A stretch of 64,000 nt of DNA from a candidate division Zixibacteria bacterium RBG-1 (GTDB taxonomy: Bacteria > Zixibacteria > MSB-5A5 > DSPP01 > RBG-1): contig AUYT01000001.1 in the NCBI GenBank assembly GCA_000447245.1, positions 804,106-868,105 of the forward strand, read 5' to 3'. The notes under the pieces are model-generated. The model was not told the origin of the DNA and searched no databases. It saw nothing but the letters and a program-made list of their open reading frames with translations. The stretch's first letter is position 1, and every line of letters begins with the position of its first letter. This document shows positions 47,682 to 55,987 of the stretch, piece by piece. Both the position numbers and the translations under genes were made by a program.

Positions 47682-48470
47682 ATGCGAAGATTTGGTTTAC
47701 ATCTGCTCCTCGGTTTCTTCCTGCTGATTTTTACAGCGGTTCAGCTTCAGGCCGGAAGACCCTTTGAGACGGAAGTTTCTGAAATTCATAATAATCAGAG
47801 GATTAAGTTCGATTTGGGGATAGATTATTCCCACATTGCTTCCCGGCAGGATTTGCTGGCTTTACCCTGGATAGGGATAAATTTTTCCACCGGTCAAATA
47901 GTGGAAATCCAGGCCTATTACGATTTTTTCTACCGCTTCACCAAGAGAGCTACCACAGTTTACGGCTCCGGGGATTTATCTTTGTGGACCAAATTAAGAT
48001 TCGTGGAAGAAAAAGGGAGTCGTCCAGCCGTCGGGTTACGCTTCGGTGTCAAACTTCCCAATGCCAAAGATGAGGTGGGATTGGGAACCGACCAGACCAA
48101 TTTCTACGCCGCTGGCTTAATCGGGAAAACCTGGAGAAAACTGGAGAATCATCTGAACTTAGGAATCGCCATCTACGACAGCCCCTTCCGGGTCAGGGAG
48201 CAAAAGGATTTGTTTACCTTAGCGTATTCTTCCATTTACAATTTTTCCCCTACCCTGCAGTTCGTTTTTGATTTCTACACCCAGCAAGGGGCCGACCTTC
48301 GCTTTAATCTGAATAAACTTACTCTGGGAAGCAGAATCGCGCATAAAAAATGGGTCTGGGAATTGGCTTTGAAAAAGGGAATCAACTCCATCAACAAAGG
48401 ATATCAGGGGGAACAATCCTTAGACTGGGGCTTAGTTTTATCCGCCAGCCGTTATTTTGATTTGAAGTAG
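47682..48470 (+). CDS. hypothetical outer-membrane beta-barrel protein
   Basis: 262 aa; signal peptide; alternating amphipathic beta-strand pattern; C-terminal aromatic-rich strand. Confidence 0.4.
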   Translation: MRRFGLHLLLGFFLLIFTAVQLQAGRPFETEVSEIHNNQRIKFDLGIDYSHIASRQDLLALPWIGINFSTGQIVEIQAYYDFFYRFTKRATTVYGSGDLSLWTKLRFVEEKGSRPAVGLRFGVKLPNAKDEVGLGTDQTNFYAAGLIGKTWRKLENHLNLGIAIYDSPFRVREQKDLFTLAYSSIYNFSPTLQFVFDFYTQQGADLRFNLNKLTLGSRIAHKKWVWELALKKGINSINKGYQGEQSLDWGLVLSASRYFDLK

Positions 48471-48497
48471 AGTTTATCACAACACACATCTTTGTAG

Positions 48498-48528
48498 GCG
48501 GGGATCTTTTCCCCGCTTTTTTTGTTTT
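48498..48528 (+). terminator. rho-independent terminator
   Basis: GCGGGGATCTTTTCCCCGC hairpin followed by TTTTTTTGTTTTG, 28 nt after the stop of gene 47682..48470. Confidence 0.6.
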
Positions 48529-48575
48529 GTCGGGAAGAGCTCGCGACCTACGAAATTGCAAGATTTGGCGATTCT

Positions 48576-48659
48576 GTAGCGGTGCGATTCATCGCACCTT
48601 AGCTGATATTTGGTTAAATCAAAGTAACCTTTTCAGGTCGGATAAATCCGACCGCTACA
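48576..48659. repeat. palindromic repeat (GTAGCGGTGCGATTCATCGCAC ... GTCGGATAAATCCGACCGCTAC)
   Basis: Same family as 46238-46320 with the units in swapped order. Confidence 0.55.
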
Positions 48660-48776
48660 TTATGTAACTATATTTGTCATAAAAAATGAAGATTAACAAA
48701 CAGGGGGGGGTAATATCCGTAAAAAGAGTAGTTAGCTGTTCTATAAAAATGCAATAAATGGGATAACATCAAGGAT

Positions 48777-48911
48777 AGTCAATAATACTCAACAATAGTA
48801 TTATTATTGACTATAGTTGAGTATTGAGGAGGTGAGGGACTAAATAGTTTAACTTCTAAATTTAAGGAAAATTAGTTAGTAGTCAAGCATATTACTATTG
48901 TTGACCATTAA
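48777..48911. promoter_or_regulatory. AT-rich interlocking inverted repeats (TAGTCAATAAT / ATTATTGACTA; CAACAATAGT) plus TATTGTTGACCAT motif; candidate operator region
   Basis: Palindromic block 48777-48830 and the motif TATTGTTGACCAT at 48895-48908 (also at 6264-6276), about 45 bp upstream of the HMA lipoprotein gene. Confidence 0.4.
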
Positions 48912-48955
48912 ATTCAAAGCGTTGAATTAGAAATTAACCTTAAAGGAGGGATTCA

Positions 48956-50017
48956 ATGAAGAGTTTCAAGGTATTGCTTTTAGCCGCCATTTTTTTGTGT
49001 AGTATGGTATTAATCGCAGCTGCCTGCGAAAAATCCTCTCAGACTTCCACCGCCCAAGCCCAATGTGACCACCAAGTTTGCAGCAAAAAAACGGCCTTGA
49101 GCAGTTCAGATAAAGAGCATAATTGTTGTGCCTCTAAAGTAAAGTCCGCTTCCTCGCATTGTGAGGGAGTTAAAGAGAGTAACTTAAATTTGAAAGCCGG
49201 AACCTGTGAAGGGAAGTTTGATGGCTCACAGACCTCAGCCCAGAATTTGTCAACCAAAGCGGATAAATGCTGTCTTAAATCCAGCTTAGCCAATGTGGAA
49301 ACCTTAGAGCCGGCCCAAAAAGCTACTTCCAACAAAGAAGAAGCCGTTACCCAGAAGGCGGTCTTAAATGTTTCCGGGATGACCTGCGGCGGTTGCGCTT
49401 CGGAAGTGAAGTCGGCTTTGACCAAAGTGAATGGGGTTAAAGAGTGTAAAGTGAGCTGGAAAGAAGGGAAAGCGGAGGTGGGATTCACAGGTGATCCAGC
49501 TAAAGCCAATGAGTTAGTAAAAGCAGTAAACAAGACCGGTTTCAAAGCCAGTTTAGCCAGTGTGGAAAGTATCACAGCGATGGAAGATGATGAGGACGAT
49601 GCCTATGACGCCGAAGATGCTGATGATTCTGATGATGGCGAAGATGCAGATGCCAAGCAGATGGTGGTCAAAGAGAAAGAGACTTTCAAAGCTACCAGTT
49701 ACGTGTGTGAAGATTGTGGTTACAGACAAGCCAAAGGTGGAAAATGTCCCAGCGGTAACTGCAAGTTAACCAAAGTTACCGAGAAACACACTTTTGTGTG
49801 TGAAGAATGTGATTATGCCCAAGCCAAAGCCGGTGTCTGTCCGAGTCATAAAACTTCTTTGGTCGAATACTCAGTCAAATATGAATGTCCGGCCTGCCAC
49901 ATGGTTTACGAGACTGCGGGAGTCTGCTCCATGTGCAAAAAGCAGTTGCAGATGGTAACCGACGAACCGATTGCGACTGGTAAAAAGATGATGAGCAAAG
50001 AGAAAGCCACTTATTAA
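48956..50017 (+). CDS. Cys-rich heavy-metal-binding lipoprotein with HMA domain and three C-terminal Cx2C...Cx3-4C modules
   Basis: 353 aa; lipobox LIAAAC; HMA motif VSGMTCGGCAS; acidic linker EDDEDDAYDAEDADDSDDGEDAD; repeats YVCEDCGY..GKCPSGNC, FVCEECDY..GVCPSH, YECPACHM..GVCSMC. Confidence 0.7.
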   Translation: MKSFKVLLLAAIFLCSMVLIAAACEKSSQTSTAQAQCDHQVCSKKTALSSSDKEHNCCASKVKSASSHCEGVKESNLNLKAGTCEGKFDGSQTSAQNLSTKADKCCLKSSLANVETLEPAQKATSNKEEAVTQKAVLNVSGMTCGGCASEVKSALTKVNGVKECKVSWKEGKAEVGFTGDPAKANELVKAVNKTGFKASLASVESITAMEDDEDDAYDAEDADDSDDGEDADAKQMVVKEKETFKATSYVCEDCGYRQAKGGKCPSGNCKLTKVTEKHTFVCEECDYAQAKAGVCPSHKTSLVEYSVKYECPACHMVYETAGVCSMCKKQLQMVTDEPIATGKKMMSKEKATY

Positions 50018-50051
50018 TTTTTTCCGAGACAATTAATGCAGTAATTCTGAA

Positions 50052-50090
50052 GGGTGTCGTTTGATAAAAAAAACGACACCCCTTTAGTTT
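50052..50090 (+). terminator. rho-independent terminator
   Basis: 11-bp stem GGGTGTCGTTT/AAACGACACCC with 8-nt loop, followed by CTTTAGTTT. Confidence 0.55.
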
Positions 50091-50245
50091 GTAGCGGTGA
50101 GATTTATCGCACATCGTTAATCTAAACCCACTGGCTTCCACCATTGGGAAATTTAAATGCTGTGAATCGCGTTTAACTAACCCCTCCCTACCCCTCTCGA
50201 TTACACTCGAGGGAAACCTCCCCTAAAAGGAGAGGGAACTCAAAA
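50091..50245. repeat. composite palindromic repeat array
   Basis: GTAGCGGTGAGATTTATCGCAC unit, CCACTGGCTTCCACCATTGGG, and CCCTCTC..GAGGG / CCCCTAAAAGGAGAGGG units. Confidence 0.5.
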
Positions 50246-50314
50246 ATGATTTGATTTTCCACCTTTTAAACTATATTTTAAGTCAAAAACATAAATCTCA
50301 ACCTTGGGGGAAAA

Positions 50315-50704
50315 ATGGAATTTGAGATAAAGAGAATCAACACCTGGTCAGCGGTCAAAATTTCTTTCGTGGTATATGGAGTCCTGGGGTTAGTCTTAGG
50401 GTTATTCTACGGTATGTTTATCTTCAGTTTGGGAGGGCTTCTGGGCGGGCTGGCCAATCAAGAGCTGGCTCCCTTTACGGGAATGTTTTCCAGCTTGGCT
50501 GGAGGGATTTTCTTCACTATTATAATTGGATTCTTTATTGCTTTCATAAGCGCGGTAGTTTATGGAGTAATTATTACCGCCATTGTGGTCTGGCTATACA
50601 ACCTATTTTCCAAGTGGACTGGAGGGATTAAAGTCAACTTGGAGAAGACCGTAACTATGGTCCCGGCCAGTTCCTCCTCAGAGTTAGGAGGTGCACCGGT
50701 TTAA
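50315..50704 (+). CDS. hypothetical integral membrane protein
   Basis: 129 aa; three to four Gly-rich hydrophobic helices; stop overlaps the gltX start. Confidence 0.4.
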   Translation: MEFEIKRINTWSAVKISFVVYGVLGLVLGLFYGMFIFSLGGLLGGLANQELAPFTGMFSSLAGGIFFTIIIGFFIAFISAVVYGVIITAIVVWLYNLFSKWTGGIKVNLEKTVTMVPASSSSELGGAPV

Positions 50705-52152
50705 TGTCTGAAATAAGAGTCAGAATCGCCCCCAGTCCTTCCGGTTACCTCCATGTAGGAACGGCACGGACCGCAGTTTACAACTGGCTTTTTGCCCAAA
50801 AGCATAAAGGGAAATTTGTTCTAAGAATCGAAGATACCGATGAAGCCCGCTCTTCCAATGAGATGGTCAAGGGAATCATTGATTCTCTGTTGTGGCTCGG
50901 CTTAAAATGGGACGAAGGACCCTTTTACCAATCCCAAAGAATGCCCTTGTATCAAAAATCCGCCCAGACGCTATTGGAGAATAAAAAGGCCTACTTCTGT
51001 TATTGCACACCGGAAGAATTGCAAACCAAAAGAGAAGAAGCCCAGAAGAAAAAAATCGCTTGGAAGTACGACCGAAAATGTTATTTTCTCTCCCAAGATG
51101 ATAAGCAAAATTTAGAGTCAAAAAAAGTTCCCAAAGCCATCAGATTGTTGGTCCCGGAAGGGAAGACATCTTTCCATGACCTTGTCTATCGGGATTTGGA
51201 AAAAGAAAATCGGAATATTGAAGACTTAATTCTGCTCCGCTCAGATGGGCGTCCTACTTATAATTTAGCTTGCGTGGTGGATGATTTGGAGATGAAAATT
51301 TCTCACGTCATCCGGGGGAACGACCATCTACCTAATACATTCAAACAGATTTTGATTTATCAAGCTTTGGGTGAAAAACCGCCGGCCTTTGCTCATTTAC
51401 CTTTAATTTTAGGTATGGATAGGGCCAAAATTTCCAAAAGATTTGACGCGGTTTCAGTCACCGATTACAGGGACCAGGGATTTTTGCCGGAAGCGGTGAT
51501 AAATTTTTTATCCCTTCTGGGCTGGTCCCCCAAAGATAATCAGGAGGTTTTATCTGTAGCTGAACTAATCGAAAAATTCTCTCTGGAAAATGTGCATCAG
51601 GCTAATCCGGTCTTCGATATCCAGAAATTGGAATGGATGAATGGGGAGTATATCAAAGCCCAGCCGGATGAAAAACTTCTGGGGCTGGTGAAAAAATTCT
51701 GGATAGAAGCCAGCCTGGTTACAGACGAAGATTTCTCCAAAAAGAAGGCATGGTTGTTGAAAATAGTGGGAATTCTGAAAGAACGATGCAAAAAGCTGAC
51801 TGATTTTGTGGATTTGGGGAAATTCTTTTTCACTTCTGAGTTTGAGTATGAAGAAAAAGCTCTGGGAAAGCAGTTTAAAAATTCGGAAGTTGTCGCAAGA
51901 TTGACCAAATTAAAAGAGAAATTCCAAGGACTTGATGGTTTTGATAAGGCCAAGTCAGAAGAATTGGTGAGAAATTTGGCTACTGACCTGAATGTGAAGC
52001 CGGCCGAGTTGATTCATCCTCTGCGTCTGGCGATTACGGGTATGTCTTTCGGTCCATCTTTGTTTGAGATTGTGGAGCTTTTGGGGAAGGAAGAGGTTGT
52101 CAAAAGATTGGAAAAAGCCGTAAATTTTATACACAATAAACTGGGAACGTAA
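50704..52152 (+). CDS. gltX: glutamate--tRNA ligase
   Basis: 482 aa; HIGH-class motif PSPSGYLHVGTAR and KMSKS-class motif KISKR. Confidence 0.9.
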   Translation: MSEIRVRIAPSPSGYLHVGTARTAVYNWLFAQKHKGKFVLRIEDTDEARSSNEMVKGIIDSLLWLGLKWDEGPFYQSQRMPLYQKSAQTLLENKKAYFCYCTPEELQTKREEAQKKKIAWKYDRKCYFLSQDDKQNLESKKVPKAIRLLVPEGKTSFHDLVYRDLEKENRNIEDLILLRSDGRPTYNLACVVDDLEMKISHVIRGNDHLPNTFKQILIYQALGEKPPAFAHLPLILGMDRAKISKRFDAVSVTDYRDQGFLPEAVINFLSLLGWSPKDNQEVLSVAELIEKFSLENVHQANPVFDIQKLEWMNGEYIKAQPDEKLLGLVKKFWIEASLVTDEDFSKKKAWLLKIVGILKERCKKLTDFVDLGKFFFTSEFEYEEKALGKQFKNSEVVARLTKLKEKFQGLDGFDKAKSEELVRNLATDLNVKPAELIHPLRLAITGMSFGPSLFEIVELLGKEEVVKRLEKAVNFIHNKLGT

Positions 52153-52213
52153 TTCCTGAACCGGTATTTTCTTGACAAGGTCTTAAATTTTTCTATTTTG
52201 ATTTTTGATTTTC

Positions 52214-52284
52214 TGGGGGATCGTCTAACGGCAGGACGAATGGCTCTGGACCATTTAATCGGGGTTCGAATCCCTGTCCCCCAG
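52214..52284 (+). tRNA. tRNA-Gln (anticodon CTG)
   Basis: Hand-folded: acceptor TGGGGGA/TCCCCCA, D-stem GTCT/GGAC, anticodon stem AATGG/CCATT with loop CTCTGGA, T-arm CGGGG-TTCGAAT-CCCTG; TTGACA -35-like hexamer about 25 nt upstream. Confidence 0.75.
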
Positions 52285-52418
52285 TTAATACCCCCGGTTC
52301 GAGAAACCTGAAATCGGTACGTCTGCATTTTTGAAATTTTACCTGACAGATAAAAAGTCGTTCGTAGTTATATTTAAGTTGCATTTTCTATCACCTTTTA
52401 TTAATTTCTGTATTCAAT

Positions 52419-52670
52419 TTGATAAAACTAGATATGAGAAAAGCCTGGTTTAAAAAATATGGATGGGTTTATTATCCTATTAGCTGGCAAGGTTGGGCCC
52501 TAACCATCTTAACTTTGCTTTTTTGTGGACAAGTATTTGTTGCCGTTGACAGTCGTTCTCACTCTGTAAGTGATACACTATATGGAGTGTTCCCTTTTGT
52601 AGTGTCAGCCCTGGTGATTTTAGGGTGGATTGCCTCTAATACAGCTGATAAAAGCAATAAATTGCAGTAA
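52419..52670 (+). CDS. hypothetical small membrane protein
   Basis: 83 aa with two hydrophobic helices; lies between tRNA-Gln and the duplicated tRNA 3' end. Confidence 0.3.
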   Translation: MIKLDMRKAWFKKYGWVYYPISWQGWALTILTLLFCGQVFVAVDSRSHSVSDTLYGVFPFVVSALVILGWIASNTADKSNKLQ

Positions 52671-52920
52671 AGACAAATTCCAGATTTTAGAGGACTACGG
52701 ACTTTTTCCAAAATGAACTGATAGTTTTTCCTTCAAGAAAAATTCCTATTTAGATATCTTTGAGTTGCATTACACCTTAAAACTTTTGTAAAGTTGGCTA
52801 TCCATGATTTGTAAAATTCTTTCTAATTGCAAAATCTCGGAAAAAAACTAAGATGGGATCTGAGAGTAGAGAAAAATATCGCAAAATGTGCCCACTAACT
52901 CAAGAATCTACCTAACGCAC

Positions 52921-53071
52921 AATTCTGGTGCAGAAATCAGAGTTCTAAAGTTGTCCGCTATTCCCAGTTTATCCCGAGCGAGCGTAGCGAGTCGAGGGAT
53001 TTATCTCGGAGCACACTGATGGAGTTTTCCTCGATTCAAGAACTCGGAACAAGCGAATCCCTGTCCCCCAG
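52921..53071. repeat. intergenic repeat (AATTCTGGTGCAGAAATCAGAGTTCTAAA...TTTCCTCGATTC...) ending in an 18-bp copy of the tRNA-Gln 3' end
   Basis: Similar to 55038-55200; the 3' 18 nt CGAATCCCTGTCCCCCAG (53054-53071) are identical to tRNA-Gln 52267-52284. Confidence 0.5.
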
Positions 53072-53081
53072 AGTTATTATC

Positions 53082-53109
53082 TTGACATATCTTCTACTTT
53101 ATCTAATAT
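53082..53109 (+). promoter_or_regulatory. putative sigma70-type promoter (TTGACA-16-TAATAT)
   Basis: Hexamers about 65 nt upstream of gene 53173. Confidence 0.35.
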
Positions 53110-53172
53110 TTAACTCCCGAGTATTTAGATAGCAACTTGAAACATTTCAACCTAATTTAGAGGAGGTTCGCC

Positions 53173-54720
53173 ATGAGAAACAAAGTTGTGTTAGCAGTGG
53201 TATTTTTATTATGGATGGGACTTGCTTGGGCAGATACTCCCCAGCTGATTAATTTTCAGGGTCGACTGACTGATTCTTTGGGAAACCCTGTGAGTAATGG
53301 TGCCTATAGTTTACGCTTCAGAATCTACGATGATTCTTTGGCTGGTAATATTTTGTGGGAAGAGACCGACCCGGTTCAGGTAAAATCTGGACTTTTTACG
53401 GTGCTTCTGGGTTCAACTAATTCAATTCCGGATAGCGCTTTTTATTCTGCTAATCGCTGGTTAGGAATAAAAATCGGTACAAACCCTGAAATTACACCCA
53501 GACAGAGATTGGCTTCCGTGGGTTACAGCTATGTTTCTTCCCAATGGAACTCGGCTGACTCGAATCTCTATCGGATAAAGGGAAAAGTCGGCATTGGAAC
53601 TTCCACTCCCACCTTCGCAAAGCTGGAGGTCGTCGCCTCCAGTGGCATCGGCGTTTTCGCTTCGGGCAGCCCTGGCGTTTACGGCACCAGCTCATCAGGC
53701 ACTGGTGTTTTTGGCGAGGGTTCCTTGTACGGCCTTTACGGCAACAGCAACGGCACTGGAGTTTTCGGCACGGGCCCCCAGTACGGCGTTCACGGTGATG
53801 GGTACAACGGCACGGGCGTTTACGGCGAGGGCGACACGGCTGGCGTTAGCGGCCAAAGTATATCAGGCACTGGCGTTCGCGCCTTATCATATAACGGCCC
53901 CGGTGTTGTCGCTTCGGGTAGCACGTACGGCGTTTCCGGCACAAGCACCGGAGGCACTGGCGTTAGAGGCATTAGCGGCAGCGGCTATGGCGTTTATGCC
54001 TCGGGCGGCCCGAACGGCGTTGTCGCTTATGCAACTAATTCTGGCGGCTCGGCTGTTTACGGCTCGGGCGTCACGTATGGTGTTTACGGTGTGGCAAGCG
54101 CCAACAACGGCTCCGGTGTTTATGGTTCAAACGGCGGGAATCCCTCGACATATGCCGGCTACTTCGTCGGAACCGTTTACGTGGCCGGTGACTTTTATGC
54201 TGTAGGAACAACCAAAAGCGCCGCCGTGAAAGTCAACAACGGCGAATATCGGGTGCTTTATGCGCAGGAATCCCCCGAAAACTGGTTTGAGGATTTCGGC
54301 ACGGCCCAGTTGGTGAATGGCCAAGCCACTGTGAATATCGATCCCCTCTATGCCCAAACGGTAAATACGGCAGTAACCTATTACGTCTTCTTGACTCCGG
54401 AAGGGGATTGTCAGGGACTTTTCGTTACCGGCAAGACCCCGGCCTGTTTTGAGGTGCGGGAACTGCAAAACGGGAAATCCAACCTGTCGGTGAGTTATCG
54501 AATCGTGGCCAAAAGGAAGGGCTATGAAAACGTCCGCCTGCCCAAACTGCCCGGCCTAACTCCGGAAGAGGTTCAAGCCAAAGACGTCAAGCTCCGGGCC
54601 GAGATGGCCAAAGAAAACGCTGGGCACCTAGAGGAACAAGCCCGAATGGAGCAGGAACGTAAGAAAATGGAAGAAGAGCGCACCAAAATGGAGCAAGAAT
54701 GTTTGCTTCCCAAGCGGTAA
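53173..54720 (+). CDS. secreted glycine-rich repeat protein with GC-rich repetitive core and C-terminal coiled-coil
   Basis: 515 aa; signal peptide; about 20 tandem G-x-GV(Y/F)G-like repeats encoded by locally GC-rich DNA (53600-54200); C-terminal globular region and charged tail EEQARMEQERKKMEEERTKMEQE. Confidence 0.5.
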   Translation: MRNKVVLAVVFLLWMGLAWADTPQLINFQGRLTDSLGNPVSNGAYSLRFRIYDDSLAGNILWEETDPVQVKSGLFTVLLGSTNSIPDSAFYSANRWLGIKIGTNPEITPRQRLASVGYSYVSSQWNSADSNLYRIKGKVGIGTSTPTFAKLEVVASSGIGVFASGSPGVYGTSSSGTGVFGEGSLYGLYGNSNGTGVFGTGPQYGVHGDGYNGTGVYGEGDTAGVSGQSISGTGVRALSYNGPGVVASGSTYGVSGTSTGGTGVRGISGSGYGVYASGGPNGVVAYATNSGGSAVYGSGVTYGVYGVASANNGSGVYGSNGGNPSTYAGYFVGTVYVAGDFYAVGTTKSAAVKVNNGEYRVLYAQESPENWFEDFGTAQLVNGQATVNIDPLYAQTVNTAVTYYVFLTPEGDCQGLFVTGKTPACFEVRELQNGKSNLSVSYRIVAKRKGYENVRLPKLPGLTPEEVQAKDVKLRAEMAKENAGHLEEQARMEQERKKMEEERTKMEQECLLPKR

Positions 54721-55037
54721 GGCAACTCTTGGCAGGTTACCGGTATCAGACAGGATGCTTATGCCAACGCCCATCGGATTCCTGTAGAAGAAGAAAAAAT
54801 AGCTAAGGAGAAAGGATATTATTTACATCCCGAACTTTTTGGCCAGCCGGAAGAAAAACAACTTGGATGGGTCCATCATCCAGAAATGATGAAACAAGCT
54901 AAAGAAAAAAGAGAGCAAGAGGCCAAGCAGATTAAAACAGAATAACTCTTGAGCAGTTGGCAAAAAATTTGTGAGTGGCCGATTATAAGATAGTTGTGAA
55001 TTTCATCCGCTAACCCCAGTTTTTTTATTTGACAGAA

Positions 55038-55200
55038 AATTCTGGTGCAAAAAATCAGAGTTCTAAACTTGTCCCAGATCCCCAATTTACACCGAGCGTA
55101 GTGGTTCGACTATGCTCACCATAAATCGAGGGACTTATGGACAAGTGTAACAAACGGGGGTTTCCTCGATTCGCTCAGGCAGGCTCGGAATAAACAAATC
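55038..55200. repeat. intergenic repeat related to 52921-53071
   Basis: AATTCTGGTGCAAAAAATCAGAGTTCTAAACTTGTCC...GGTTCGACTATGCTCACCATAAATCG...TTTCCTCGATTCGCTC; a partial relative (GGTTCGACTGCGCTCACCATAAAAGG) is at 137-162. Confidence 0.5.
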
Positions 55201-55249
55201 CTGGTCCTTCAGTAATTATTCGCCATTTTATACTTTTTTAATTTTTTAC

Positions 55250-55290
55250 TTGACAAGCCCCTTTAACCAGCGTATTCATATATATGAATA
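55250..55290 (+). promoter_or_regulatory. putative promoter (TTGACA-17-TATTCA) overlapped by perfect 18-bp palindrome TATTCATATATATGAATA
   Basis: Palindrome at 55273-55290 overlaps the -10 element upstream of the Rrf2 gene; a related motif GTATATTCATATAATATGACAT is at 55871-55892 upstream of nirK. Confidence 0.45.
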
Positions 55291-55322
55291 CAAGGTCATA
55301 TATTCTGTAAAGGAAAACAATT

Positions 55323-55757
55323 ATGATATTTACACCCAGCTTTGAATACGCCCTGCAGGCTTTGATATATCTAGCCGGGAAGGGCAATGGCAGCCCGGTT
55401 CAAGTCAAAGATATTGCCCAGGCCGAGGATATTCCTAAGTATTTTTTGGCTAAAATTCTGAATCATTTAGATCACGAAAATTTAGTAAAATCAGTCAAAG
55501 GTCCAGGAGGAGGGTTTAAACTTAGCCGGCCGGCCAATCGAATCAGGGTGAGTGAACTAATAGATGTATTTGAAGGGCTTGACCACCTAGACAAAGTTTG
55601 TATTTTAGGGTTGGATAGGTGTCAGGAACCAAACAGCTGTGCTTTGCATAAAGAGTGGAAGCAATTTCGCCAGTTGTTGAAAAAAAGGGTACAAAAATTG
55701 ACCATAGCTGATATGTGGAAAATACGGGAAACCAAAAGAGATCTCAATAAAAAATAG
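55323..55757 (+). CDS. Rrf2 family transcriptional regulator (NsrR-like by context)
   Basis: 144 aa; Rrf2 wHTH (FEYALQALIYLA, GPGGGFKLSR); two of the usual three cluster-ligand Cys visible (CILGLDRCQ). Confidence 0.75.
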   Translation: MIFTPSFEYALQALIYLAGKGNGSPVQVKDIAQAEDIPKYFLAKILNHLDHENLVKSVKGPGGGFKLSRPANRIRVSELIDVFEGLDHLDKVCILGLDRCQEPNSCALHKEWKQFRQLLKKRVQKLTIADMWKIRETKRDLNKK

Positions 55758-55820
55758 AAGATGACAGCAAATTTTAAGCCCAAACTCAAAGCCGAGGGAT
55801 TAAATTTTTATAAAAAATAC

Positions 55821-55849
55821 TTGACAAGGGTTTTTTTATTGTGTATCTA
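55821..55849 (+). promoter_or_regulatory. putative sigma70-type promoter (TTGACA-17-TATCTA) upstream of nirK
   Basis: Consensus -35 hexamer; followed by the Rrf2-site-like motif at 55871-55892. Confidence 0.4.
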
Positions 55850-55987
55850 ATAATAGATGAGTAAAGGTTCGTATATTCATATAATATGACATAATAAAAG
55901 TGAGAGAAAAAACTATAACACTAGATAACTTTTAAAAGGAGGAGCTATGTCATCTAACACATTAAAGAGCTCAAACTACCAACTATT

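Noticed and set aside
52921-53071. Possible tRNA-like pseudogene upstream of the duplicated tRNA-Gln 3' end
   Set aside because: Only the 3' 18 nt match tRNA-Gln; the upstream sequence does not fold into a cloverleaf by eye and instead matches the 55038-55200 repeat, so it is treated as a repeat plus attachment-site-like remnant.
53594-54205. 203-aa alternative-frame ORF and overlapping minus-strand ORFs (53492..53695, 54127..54468) inside the glycine-repeat gene
   Set aside because: They lie in the GC-rich repetitive core, where stop codons are depleted in all frames; the Ala/Arg-rich translation has no motif, whereas the 515-aa frame has a signal peptide, RBS and coherent domains.
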